From Candidatus Woesebacteria bacterium (lineage in GTDB: Bacteria > Patescibacteriota > Microgenomatia > UBA8517): DNA of 64,000 nt. Location of the stretch: contig JAGUYM010000014.1 of assembly GCA_020061305.1 (NCBI GenBank), positions 117,920 through 181,919 on the forward strand, written 5' to 3'. The translations under genes and the position numbers were made by a program. Shown piece by piece: positions 17,644-27,347 of the stretch (positions are counted from its first letter, which is position 1; each line of letters begins with the position of its first letter). Below the pieces are notes generated by a model. It saw only the letters and a program-made list of their open reading frames with translations. It was not told the origin of the DNA and made no database searches.

Positions 17644-19290
17644 ATGTTACGCTTCATAGCTCTTTCAGGAACAATTGGTGTTACCGAGAACTTAAATGTT
17701 TATGAAACAGAAAAAGATTTAATTCTTTTAGACTGCGGTATAGGCTTCCCCGATTTGGAAATGCCCGGGGTTGATCTTGTTATTCCCGATTTTTCATATG
17801 TGGTTAAAAATAAACACAAGCTAAAAGCTATTGTACTTTCTCAAGGTCATGAAGATCATATAGGCTCTTTACCGTTTTTATTTAGGAGTGTTAATGCTCC
17901 CATTTACTGTGCGCCGTTGGTTTCTGAATTTGTAAAACTTAAATTTGATGATTACGGAGTTAAAAATTATACAATAAATGTTTTTAATCCTGAAAACACT
18001 GTGGTCAAAATTGGAGACTTTGCGTTTTATCCCTTTAGAGTCGCCCATTCTGTTCCTGATACCTGTGGATTTTTAGTTGAACACCCGGAAGGTAGATTTA
18101 TGCATGTTCCTGAACACAAAATTGATCAAAAATCAGTTGATGGCATGCCATTTGATTTGATTCGAGCAAGAGAACTTGCCAAAAGAGGTAAAATTGACTG
18201 CCTTATTTCTGATTGCTTGGGAGCAAATAATCCAGGGTTTGCACCAGATTCAGTGGCAATTGAGGAAAATATTTATAAAATTGCCAAGGATGCAAAACAG
18301 GCGATTTACATGACAGCTATGTCATCAGCAATTGGTAGGTTTCAACAAATGATAAATGTTGCGGGTAGGTTAAATAGAAAAGTTGTTTTAATTGGAAGGT
18401 CTATTCAGGAAAAAGTTAATGCTGCACATCTTCTTGGATATATCAAATTTTTACCAAACCAAGTAATTGATTATAAAAAAGCAAGCAAAATGTCTCCGAG
18501 CCATTTAGTTTATATTGTTGCGGGTTGTTATGGTCAGGTAGGAAGTTCTGTTTATAGGATTGCAACGGATGTAGATAATAGATTAACTGTTGTTGAGGGT
18601 GATACATTTGTTTTTTCAGCAAACCCCGCGCCCCCCTATAGTAAAGAAAGTCAGGATTTTGTAATAGATGAATTAGTAGATAAAGGTGTTGATGTTCATT
18701 ACTACGATTTAAACGAAGGGCTTCATGTTTCGGGTCATGGTTACAAAGAAGACATAAAAATGCTTTTTGACATTGCAAAACCCTCATGTTTTATTCCTAC
18801 GGGAGGAACTATAAAACATATGCATTCATATGAAAAATTAGTAATTGAAACTGGGAGGAAAAAAGATCAAGTTTTCAAACTAAAACCAGGTGAATCTGTT
18901 GAATTTACAAATGGTAAAGCAAGAAGGGGTCAAAAGGTAAGGGTTAAAGAAGTAATGGTTCATGGTCTTGGCATTGGAGATATAGGGAAAACTGTATTAG
19001 AACATAGAACTTTACTTGGCAAAGAAGGAATGGTTGTTGTTGCTATCAAGGCGTCAAAAAAAGGAAGGGTTTTGTCAAAACCACAAATTGTTACAAGGGG
19101 ATTTGTTTTTGAGGGAATTTCAAGCGGTCTTTTGAATGATGCGGTTCAAAGACTTTCCAAATATTTAAATACTTTAAGAAATACAGATTCCAAAAAATTA
19201 AAACAAGAGACCATAAAATATCTGGAGGCCCATTTTTATCAAACTACTGGTCGCTCTCCAATGATAATCCCGATTGTGGTTGAAGTATAG
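17644..19290 (+). CDS. rnj: ribonuclease J (metallo-beta-lactamase/beta-CASP)
   Basis: LLDCGIGFPD, SQGHEDHIGSLPF motifs, beta-CASP and C-terminal domain. Confidence 0.85.
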   Translation: MLRFIALSGTIGVTENLNVYETEKDLILLDCGIGFPDLEMPGVDLVIPDFSYVVKNKHKLKAIVLSQGHEDHIGSLPFLFRSVNAPIYCAPLVSEFVKLKFDDYGVKNYTINVFNPENTVVKIGDFAFYPFRVAHSVPDTCGFLVEHPEGRFMHVPEHKIDQKSVDGMPFDLIRARELAKRGKIDCLISDCLGANNPGFAPDSVAIEENIYKIAKDAKQAIYMTAMSSAIGRFQQMINVAGRLNRKVVLIGRSIQEKVNAAHLLGYIKFLPNQVIDYKKASKMSPSHLVYIVAGCYGQVGSSVYRIATDVDNRLTVVEGDTFVFSANPAPPYSKESQDFVIDELVDKGVDVHYYDLNEGLHVSGHGYKEDIKMLFDIAKPSCFIPTGGTIKHMHSYEKLVIETGRKKDQVFKLKPGESVEFTNGKARRGQKVRVKEVMVHGLGIGDIGKTVLEHRTLLGKEGMVVVAIKASKKGRVLSKPQIVTRGFVFEGISSGLLNDAVQRLSKYLNTLRNTDSKKLKQETIKYLEAHFYQTTGRSPMIIPIVVEV

Positions 19291-19311
19291 CTTCCTCACC
19301 CCAAGTTTGGT

Positions 19312-21426
19312 ATGATGTACATATTACATATGGCCAAGAAATATAAAAAGAGAAAAGTAGATAAAAGAGCTTTTAAATTAAAACTTAAACCACAGACTTA
19401 CGCTTCTGTTGCACAGATTGTCTTTTTTGCAATTGCAATTTTAATCGTCATTTCTTTTTCGAGAAATGGTCTTGTTCTTATTAAATTAAATGATTTTATG
19501 GTCAATATTTTTGGTTGGGCTACTATATTCTTGCCTTTTATTTTTTTATCCTTTGCCTTTGTGGTAAGCAGGATTAAACTCCCCATTTCTCAGCCAAATG
19601 TAATAGTTGGTTCAATTTTATTATTTTTGTCTTTAGCCGCTGTTGGAAAATCTGGGAATTTAGGCCTTTTATTTTGGGATGGGATCTCAACTTTAATAAC
19701 ACCAATAGGGGCTTATGTTATTTTAATCGGCCTTTGTCTTACTGGACTTATCGTTATGTTTAACACCTCATTCGATCAGGTTTTTAAATTTGTGAAATCT
19801 GCTTTTAGAGTGGTTTCTTTTTATGTTCTTGGTCAAAAATCGGCAGGTGGTGGGAGGATCTCACCTAAAAAGGATTTCAAAATATCCGGTTCGGGTGTTA
19901 ATCCTACCCCAGCTATTAATAGCATCCAAGATGCTTCAAAGGCAAAAGAGGAAAATTTTGAAGAAAAATTAGTAAGTAATATTAAAGGAGACGATCAAAT
20001 ATGGAAATACCCAACACCTGATATTTTTTCGGATGATGCTTTGGGTAGGGTTGATAGGGGGGATATTAATGGTAATGCCGATATTATTGAAAAAACACTT
20101 GAATCATTTGGGATAACTGCAAAAGTTGTCGAAGTTAATCTTGGCCCTGCAGTTACCCAATACGCAATTGAGGTGGCTTTGGGCACAAAACTTAGTAAAA
20201 TTACAGCCCTTGAAAGAGATTTGGCTCTTGCCCTTTCTGCTCCGACTGGTGCAATAAGAATTGAGGCTCCAATTCCGGGAAGAAATTTAGTTGGGATTGA
20301 ACTTCCAAACAGGTCTCCTGAATTTGTACCAATTAAAAGAGTCTTAGAATCAGAAGAAATGTCTTCTAGAAAATCTAAACTTGCTGTAGCTTTGGGGCTT
20401 GATGTTTCTGGTAAACCTGTTGTTGCCGATATTTCTAAAATGCCTCACCTTTTGGTTGCTGGCCAGACTGGGTCAGGAAAATCGGTTGCCATAAATACAT
20501 TTTTAGCTTCGATTTTATATAGAAGTAGTCCGTCTGAAGTTAAATTTATTATGGTTGACCCCAAAAGAGTTGAGCTAACAGGATACAATGATATCCCACA
20601 TTTATTATCACCTGTAATTGTAGAAAATGACAAAGTTTTATCTGCTCTAAAATGGTTGACAAGGGAAATGGATAGAAGATATGAACTTTTTTCTAAAGCT
20701 GGCGCAAGAAACATTGAGAGTTATAATGAAATGAGTGGCTTTCAGGCTCTTCCTTATATAGTCTTATTTATTGATGAGCTTGCCGACATAATGTTGCTTT
20801 CCCCAGTTGAAGTTGAGGAGGCAATTACAAGACTTGCACAAATGAGTAGAGCTGTTGGAATCCACATGGTACTTGCTACCCAAAGGCCATCGGTAAATGT
20901 TATAACAGGGCTAATCAAGGCCAATATTCCTGCAAGAATTGCTTTTGCGGTATCGTCTTTAATTGATTCAAGGGTTATATTGGATACTCAAGGGGCCGAA
21001 AAGCTTTTGGGTAGAGGTGACATGCTTTATCTTCCTCCTGATCAGGCAAAACCAACTCGTATCCAAGGTGCTTTTGTATCTGATACCGAAATTAAAGGGC
21101 TCCTAAATTTTATTAGAAATCAGGGAGTTCCTGTTCAATATACAGAAGAAGTAACAACTCTTACCAAATCAGGTAAGGTGCCCGTTCCTGGGGTAACAGG
21201 AGATACAGATAATATGTTTGCCGATGCTGTAAAGATTGTTTGCCAATATGATAGAGCCTCTGCATCACTTTTACAAAGGAGGCTTTCGATGGGCTATGCC
21301 AGAGCCGCAAGGGTGATTGACCAACTTGAAGCTGCAGGTGTGATTGGACCATCTGACGGGACATCAAAACCCAGAGATGTTTTGATTAAGGATGCGGAAG
21401 AGTTCCTATCCTCAATTTCAAAATAA
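19312..21426 (+). CDS. ftsK: DNA translocase FtsK/SpoIIIE
   Basis: N-terminal TM helices, linker, motor domain HLLVAGQTGSGKSV, winged-helix gamma domain. Confidence 0.9.
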   Translation: MMYILHMAKKYKKRKVDKRAFKLKLKPQTYASVAQIVFFAIAILIVISFSRNGLVLIKLNDFMVNIFGWATIFLPFIFLSFAFVVSRIKLPISQPNVIVGSILLFLSLAAVGKSGNLGLLFWDGISTLITPIGAYVILIGLCLTGLIVMFNTSFDQVFKFVKSAFRVVSFYVLGQKSAGGGRISPKKDFKISGSGVNPTPAINSIQDASKAKEENFEEKLVSNIKGDDQIWKYPTPDIFSDDALGRVDRGDINGNADIIEKTLESFGITAKVVEVNLGPAVTQYAIEVALGTKLSKITALERDLALALSAPTGAIRIEAPIPGRNLVGIELPNRSPEFVPIKRVLESEEMSSRKSKLAVALGLDVSGKPVVADISKMPHLLVAGQTGSGKSVAINTFLASILYRSSPSEVKFIMVDPKRVELTGYNDIPHLLSPVIVENDKVLSALKWLTREMDRRYELFSKAGARNIESYNEMSGFQALPYIVLFIDELADIMLLSPVEVEEAITRLAQMSRAVGIHMVLATQRPSVNVITGLIKANIPARIAFAVSSLIDSRVILDTQGAEKLLGRGDMLYLPPDQAKPTRIQGAFVSDTEIKGLLNFIRNQGVPVQYTEEVTTLTKSGKVPVPGVTGDTDNMFADAVKIVCQYDRASASLLQRRLSMGYARAARVIDQLEAAGVIGPSDGTSKPRDVLIKDAEEFLSSISK

Positions 21427-21443
21427 CATTAAAACAAAATTAT

Positions 21444-22070
21444 ATGCTTACTATTGGAGAATATTTAAAAAGCAGGCGCCTTGAGAGAAAGATTACTCTT
21501 AATTTTTTAGAAAAAGAAACAAAAATAAAAAAAGAATTTTTACAGGCAATAGAGAATAATTTATGGGATAAATTGCCCGAATTTCCAGTTGTTTCTGGAT
21601 TTGTTAAAAATATTAGTCTAATTTTAAAAATCGACCCAAATACGGCAAACGCGATACTAAGAAGAGATTATCCCCCCAAAAAATTAACAGTTAATCCCAA
21701 ACCTGATATAAAAACAAAAATTTTGTGGTCTCCTAAATTTTCGTTTGTTTTTGGAGTGGTGGCATTTTTATTTGTCGTGCTTTCATATCTGGGATATGAA
21801 TATTCAAAGTTTGTGAAGCCGCCAATTTTAGAAATTTTTGAGCCTAAAGAAAATCAAGTGCTAATTGAAAAAAAGATAAGAGTAGAAGGTAAAACCACCA
21901 CAGATGCAACCATTTTTGTCAACAATCAGCAGGCGATAGTTGACAAAAATGGAAATTTTGAGACAGTAATTGAAATTGATAAAAACACAAAAGAACTTAA
22001 ATTTATTGCAACTTCTCGTTCAGGCAAAAAAACAGAGATTGTCAGACGGGTGTCGGTGGATATAGACTAG
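21444..22070 (+). CDS. RodZ-like membrane protein (N-terminal XRE-type HTH, single TM, C-terminal extracytoplasmic domain)
   Basis: HTH-like N-term LTIGEYLKSRRLERKITLNFLEKETKIKKEFLQAIE; TM FSFVFGVVAFLFVVLSYLGY. Confidence 0.45.
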   Translation: MLTIGEYLKSRRLERKITLNFLEKETKIKKEFLQAIENNLWDKLPEFPVVSGFVKNISLILKIDPNTANAILRRDYPPKKLTVNPKPDIKTKILWSPKFSFVFGVVAFLFVVLSYLGYEYSKFVKPPILEIFEPKENQVLIEKKIRVEGKTTTDATIFVNNQQAIVDKNGNFETVIEIDKNTKELKFIATSRSGKKTEIVRRVSVDID

Positions 22071-22073
22071 TTT

Positions 22074-22310
22074 ATGGATTCAGTACAAAGATTATTAATT
22101 ATCGTTGTTATTAGTTTAACTGTTCTTCTTGTGATAGTTGGAATTCAGGTGGTTTTTATAATTTTAGACCTTAGAAAAGCCATTAAAAGGCTGAACTCAA
22201 TTTTAGAAGATGCAATTTTGGGAGGTGGGTTAATTAGACCTGAGAAATTAACGGGTATTATGGAACTTTTCAAAAAAAACAAAATCACCACAACCCACGG
22301 GCAGGAATAG
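22074..22310 (+). CDS. small hypothetical membrane protein
   Basis: 78 aa with an N-terminal TM helix; 3 nt downstream of the RodZ-like gene. Confidence 0.3.
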   Translation: MDSVQRLLIIVVISLTVLLVIVGIQVVFIILDLRKAIKRLNSILEDAILGGGLIRPEKLTGIMELFKKNKITTTHGQE

Positions 22311-22325
22311 TGTATAATTAGCCTC

Positions 22326-24026
22326 ATGATTACTAGTGATCAGGTTAGAGAAAAGTATTTAAAGTTTTTTGAAAAGAGGGGGCATAAGATTATTAACCCT
22401 GCTCCATTAGTTCTTGAAAATGATCCAACCACACTGTTTACAAGTTCTGGCATGCAACCGCTTGTCCCCTACCTAATGGGAGAACCTCATAACGACGGGA
22501 AAAGGTTAGTTGATAGCCAACCCGCAATAAGACTTCAGGACATTGATGAAGTTGGTGACAATCGCCACACAACATATTTTAAAATGCTGGGTAATTGGAG
22601 TTTGGGTGATTATTTTAAAAAAGAACAACTTTCATGGATTTGGGAATTTTTAACTAAGGAATTAAGATTGCCAAAAGAAAAATTATATGTTTCTGTTTTT
22701 GAGGGTGATGGTTTGGTTCCTAAAGATTTAGAATCTAAAAGAATATGGCTTGATTTGGGAGTTGGTGAAAATCAAATTTTTGAGTATGGAGTAAAAAAGA
22801 ACTGGTGGAGTAGAAGTGGGACTCCTTCCCAAATGCCAGTTGGTGAAATTGGAGGGCCAGATAGTGAAATATTTTTTGATTTTGGTGATGACTTAAAACT
22901 TCATGAAAATTCGCAGTGGAAAGATGAAGTTTGCCACCCAAATTGTGACTGTGGTAGATTTTTAGAGATTGGTAATTCAGTTTTTATCCAATATAAAAAA
23001 ACTGACATGGGATTGGAAGAACTTCCCCAGAGAAATGTTGATTTTGGAGGTGGACTTGAAAGAATAACTGCAGCTTTAAACAACGATCCTGATATGTTTA
23101 AAACTGATATCTACTGGCCAACAATTGAAAAATTAGAAAAAATAACTGGCAAACAGTATGATGATCAGAGAAAAAATTTCAGAATAATTGCAGATCACTT
23201 GAGAGCTTCAGAAGCTTTAATTAAAGACGGACTGGTGCCTTCAAATAAAATGCATGGTTATGTTTTAAGAAGACTAATTAGAAGAATTGCAACAAAAATA
23301 GATGACTTTGAAAAAATAACTGACAATAGAGTAATTATAGAAGAACTTAAGAAATTTAAAGTAAGTTTAGATAAAGGACTAAAAGAAATTTCAAAAGTTG
23401 AAAAAATCACAGGTAAGATTGCATTTAATTTATACCAGTCATATGGTTTTCCGCTTGAACTGACAGTTGAACTTTTCAGAGAAAAAGGCCAAGAAGTCAA
23501 TTTAGAAGAATTTAGAAAAGAATTTGAAGGGCACAAAGAAAAATCCCGCTCGCTTTCATCTGGGGTATTTAAAGGTGGGCTTGCTGATCATTCTCCAGAA
23601 GTAGTTAAATTACATACCGCTACACATTTACTTTTGGCCTCTTTAAGAAAAGTATTAGGTCCTCATGTTATACAAAAGGGACAAAATATAATCAAAGAGA
23701 GGTGTAGATTTGACTTTCCTCACACGCAAAAGTTAGATCAAGTTCAGCTTAAAGAAGTTGAGGATATGGTAAACAATGTTATTAAAAGGGGTCTACCAGT
23801 CAGTTATAAAGTAATGCCTAAAGATGAAGCTATTAAAACCGGTGCTATCCATGCTTTTAACGAAAAATATGCTGATACGGTAAAGGTTTATACTATTGGT
23901 GATTTCAGTAACGAATTTTGCGGTGGGCCGCATGTTGAAAATACAAAAGAGATTGGTCATGTTACAATTAAGAAGCAAGAGAAAATAGGTAGTGGAATAA
24001 TTAGAATTTATGCTGTCCTTACTTAA
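22326..24026 (+). CDS. alaS: alanine--tRNA ligase, short form (catalytic core + editing-domain zinc motifs, no C-Ala domain)
   Basis: N-term [34 protein letters not shown]; editing-type HTATHLL and CGGPHV motifs near the C-terminus; 566 aa. Confidence 0.8.
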   Translation: [566 protein letters not shown]

Positions 24027-26025
24027 CAAAAAGCCAGAAAAAAAAGAAAATTATTGGGCCATCTTGATTGAAAGTAATTGGGTGGCTTCTGCAATATGGG
24101 AAATTGAAAACGGAATTGTAAAAACTATAGCTGTTTCTGAAACAGTAAGATTTGAAGACAATCTCGTTCAGGCCGTTGATACAGCGCTTTCTAGTTGCGT
24201 ACAAAAAATTGACGAAAAGATTCCCGAACCTGAAAAAACGGTTTTTGGACTTCCATCTTCATGGACTACAAACGGCGAAATTACCAGCGAAAATTTAGAA
24301 AAGTTAAAAAAGGTCTGCGAGGGTTTGTCGCTTGTGCCATCAGGGTTTGTGGTTTTAGCTGATGCTCTTGCCCACTATCTTAAAAATGAAGAGCAAGTTC
24401 CATTTAGCGGAGCACTTTTAGGAATTAGTGATGACACTTTAGATTTCTCGATTTTTAACCTGGGTAAGGTCACTAATTCTACAAATATTTCAAGAAGCGT
24501 GTCAGTTGCTGACGATTTAGTTGAAGGGTTGTCTAGATTTGGTCTTGATTCATCAAATCTACCATCGAGAATTATTTTATATAACCAAAAAGAAACAGAA
24601 CTCGAGGAGATTCAAAACGAACTTAATAGTTCTGATTGGCAAAATTTTGATACTGTTAAATTTATTCATCCCCCCAAAATTGAGATCTTAAACTCTGAAA
24701 AAAAGATACTTGCAGTTTGTCTTGCGGGGGGTGTTGAGTTGGGAGATGTTTCAGGCATTGAAACAGAAAATGCAGTTGAAGAGGATATAAATATAGCTCC
24801 TCCTGACACATCCATCGCCAAAGACTTGGGCTTCGAAGAAATTGAGGTTGGTCAAAAATCTAAAATTGAATTGTCAAAAATAAATGTTCCAAAGATTAAC
24901 ATGCCGAAGATAAATTTTAAATTACCACGGTTAAATGGTAAACCCGTAGTTATAGGCGTGGTATCCTTTGCCACCTTTTTAACTGCCGGTTTTATAATGT
25001 GGTGGTTTTTGCCAAAAGCTGGTGTTACGGTCTATGTTTTACCCAAAAAATTAGAAGAAATGATATCTATTGATTTATCAAAAGACTTAGAAAGTAAAGA
25101 AATAAATGTTAGTGTTGAAGGAGAAAAAACAAAATCTACAACAGGTATAAAAACTGTAGGTGAAAAAGCAAAGGGAAAAGTTGAAATAAGAAATTCTATG
25201 GGTATTCCCGTTGACTTGCCTTCTGGAACTGTTTTGACATCGTCCTCAAATTTAAAATTCACAACAGCTCAATCAAGCTCCGTTTCTGGCCAAGTTTTGG
25301 TCGGGTCTCCTGGTAAATCCGAAGTTGATGTTGAGGCGTCGTCAATTGGTTCGGAATATAATTTATCAAAAGATGAGGTTTTTAAGGTCGGAAGTTACCC
25401 CCAGTATGAATTGGCGGCATTTTCATTGGATAATTTTTCAGGTGGAACAAGCAGGCAAATATCTGCGGTATCTGAAGAAGACAGAGAGGTGTTATTAAAA
25501 CAGTTGGAGGACGAATTGATGGACTTGGCAAAAGAAAAATTAAAAGAAAGATTGAATTCAAAGGAAATGATGGTTGAATCTACACTAACTAAAGAAAATA
25601 TAAATGAAGGCTTCAGCAACAAAGTGGGAGACGAGGCAACGAGTTTGAGATTGTCGTTAAAGTTTGAAGTCAAAGTAAAAATTGTATCATCTGAAAAACT
25701 AGCCGAAATTGCTAAAAACACTTTAGAAATGAAAATACCCGAAGGCTTTATATTAAGAAATGATCAAATATCATACGATTTTGAAGGACTGGAAAAAGAT
25801 AGTAGATTAGAAGCGAGAGTTTCAGCCAATCTTTTACCTGATATTGATACATCTGAAATTGCAAAAAAAATTTCCGGAAAATATCCAGAGATTGCCGAAG
25901 AATATTTAAAAAGCGTGCCGGGGTATGTAAGGGCACAGTTTAGGTTTAAACCACTACCTGGAAAACTTGGAACACTTCCCCATGTTCCAAAAAATATTTC
26001 AGTTGGGTTATCTGCTGAGAAGTGA
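24010..26025 (+). CDS. membrane protein with a PilM/FtsA-like actin-fold N-domain, one TM and a large extracytoplasmic C-domain
   Basis: N-terminus MLSLLNKKPEKKENYWAILIESNWVASAIWEIENGIVKTIAVSE resembles the PilM N-terminus; TM VVIGVVSFATFLTAGFIMWWF; translationally coupled (ATGA) to the sortase gene. Confidence 0.4.
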   Translation: MLSLLNKKPEKKENYWAILIESNWVASAIWEIENGIVKTIAVSETVRFEDNLVQAVDTALSSCVQKIDEKIPEPEKTVFGLPSSWTTNGEITSENLEKLKKVCEGLSLVPSGFVVLADALAHYLKNEEQVPFSGALLGISDDTLDFSIFNLGKVTNSTNISRSVSVADDLVEGLSRFGLDSSNLPSRIILYNQKETELEEIQNELNSSDWQNFDTVKFIHPPKIEILNSEKKILAVCLAGGVELGDVSGIETENAVEEDINIAPPDTSIAKDLGFEEIEVGQKSKIELSKINVPKINMPKINFKLPRLNGKPVVIGVVSFATFLTAGFIMWWFLPKAGVTVYVLPKKLEEMISIDLSKDLESKEINVSVEGEKTKSTTGIKTVGEKAKGKVEIRNSMGIPVDLPSGTVLTSSSNLKFTTAQSSSVSGQVLVGSPGKSEVDVEASSIGSEYNLSKDEVFKVGSYPQYELAAFSLDNFSGGTSRQISAVSEEDREVLLKQLEDELMDLAKEKLKERLNSKEMMVESTLTKENINEGFSNKVGDEATSLRLSLKFEVKVKIVSSEKLAEIAKNTLEMKIPEGFILRNDQISYDFEGLEKDSRLEARVSANLLPDIDTSEIAKKISGKYPEIAEEYLKSVPGYVRAQFRFKPLPGKLGTLPHVPKNISVGLSAEK

Positions 26026-26663
26026 TAATGATTAAAAGAAAAATCATAAGAATTGCGGCCACAATTTCAGCCCTTTCGGGCATTGTCATTATTGTTTCAA
26101 CAATTTGGCCGATAATAGAATACCAATTAACGGATGCTAATGCGTATTCTACTTTAATCTCCCCTCTTTCAAACGATTCAGATTATACTAAGGCCTCAAC
26201 TTGGTTTCCAAGTGCCCCTAATAATGATAAATTTAATGAAACAAAAGTCTCTTTTTATACAATATCAATACCTAAACTTAAAATAGATAAAGCAACTGTT
26301 GCCATAGGAGGCGAGGATTTGTCAAAAAGTTTAGTACAGTATCCTGGAACGGCACTTCCTGGTAAAAATGGTAATGCGGTAATTTTTGGTCATTCAATAC
26401 TTCCTATTTTTTATAACCCTAAAAATTATATGGCAATTTTTTCAACATTACCGACTCTTAAAAAAGGAGATGATATTTTTATAAATTTTGACGGAATAGA
26501 ATATAAGTTCAAAGTTGAGGAGATGGTTGAAATATATCCGTCTGATATACAAATTCTGGAACAAAATTTATCGGACTCTTTTATAACCCTTGTAACTTGT
26601 GTTCCGCCAGGTGACCCTCGAAATCCCAAAAGGTTATTAGTAAAAGCAAGGGTGGTAACATGA
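26022..26663 (+). CDS. sortase (cysteine transpeptidase)
   Basis: N-terminal membrane anchor; catalytic His (AVIFGHSILP), TLVTCVPPG active-site Cys motif, conserved Arg (RLLVKARV). Confidence 0.75.
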   Translation: MIMIKRKIIRIAATISALSGIVIIVSTIWPIIEYQLTDANAYSTLISPLSNDSDYTKASTWFPSAPNNDKFNETKVSFYTISIPKLKIDKATVAIGGEDLSKSLVQYPGTALPGKNGNAVIFGHSILPIFYNPKNYMAIFSTLPTLKKGDDIFINFDGIEYKFKVEEMVEIYPSDIQILEQNLSDSFITLVTCVPPGDPRNPKRLLVKARVVT

Positions 26664-26667
26664 GTAT

Positions 26668-27054
26668 ATGAAATACTTAGGCATTGATTATGGAAGGAAA
26701 AAAGTAGGTCTTGCAATTTCTGATGGGAAATTGGCGGACCCCCTGAAAGTGATTAGATATAAAGATATAAATTGGTTAGTAGAACAAGTAGGACAAATAG
26801 TAGAAACAGAACAGGTGGGACAGGTGGTAGTGGGAGTGTCAGAAGGTAAAATGGCAGATGAAATTAAAAATTTTGTTTTGACTCTTTCCTTGTCACTCTC
26901 TCATGTTTCCTGTGTATTGTTTGATGAAACATTAACCTCACAAGACGCAATTAATTTTTCAATTCAAGGTGGAATAAAAAGAAAGAAAAGAAAGAAAATG
27001 GAAGATGCTTATGCAGCAACAATAATGCTTCAAAATTATTTAGATTCAAAATAG
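26668..27054 (+). CDS. ruvX: Holliday-junction-resolvase-like pre-16S rRNA nuclease RuvX/YqgF
   Basis: MKYLGIDYGRKKVGLAISDG N-terminal RNase H-like motif; 128 aa. Confidence 0.75.
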   Translation: MKYLGIDYGRKKVGLAISDGKLADPLKVIRYKDINWLVEQVGQIVETEQVGQVVVGVSEGKMADEIKNFVLTLSLSLSHVSCVLFDETLTSQDAINFSIQGGIKRKKRKKMEDAYAATIMLQNYLDSK

Positions 27055-27065
27055 TCTTTTCCCAA

Positions 27066-27092
27066 TTGACTACGCATTTTTCATGGTATAAT
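27066..27092 (+). promoter_or_regulatory. promoter TTGACT-15-TGgTATAAT (extended -10) directly upstream of the zinc-ribbon ORF; predicted leaderless transcript
   Basis: hexamers at 27066-27071 and 27087-27092; ATG at 27101. Confidence 0.5.
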
Positions 27093-27100
27093 TTACTAAG

Positions 27101-27301
27101 ATGTTTAAAAATGTGATAGCACCCATACAAGCATGGCTTTTGTCGCAGGGCAAATGTGTGGGTTGTGGCATGCCCCTTTCCAAAGCTAAATCTACCCCAT
27201 ATAAGGGTAATAACAAGATGGTTACTTGTAAATGTAATCGTATGTATGTATTAGACACCAAGGCCAATAAATACAGAAGAGCGCTTTTGAGTGAGATATG
27301 A
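27101..27301 (+). CDS. small zinc-ribbon protein (CxxC...CxC)
   Basis: 66 aa with CVGCG ... CKC; strong promoter immediately upstream; the overlapping minus-strand ORF has no features. Confidence 0.4.
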   Translation: MFKNVIAPIQAWLLSQGKCVGCGMPLSKAKSTPYKGNNKMVTCKCNRMYVLDTKANKYRRALLSEI

Positions 27302-27347
27302 TCTCACAAATCCTAATTCCTAATCAGATTCTAATAAACAATTATCA

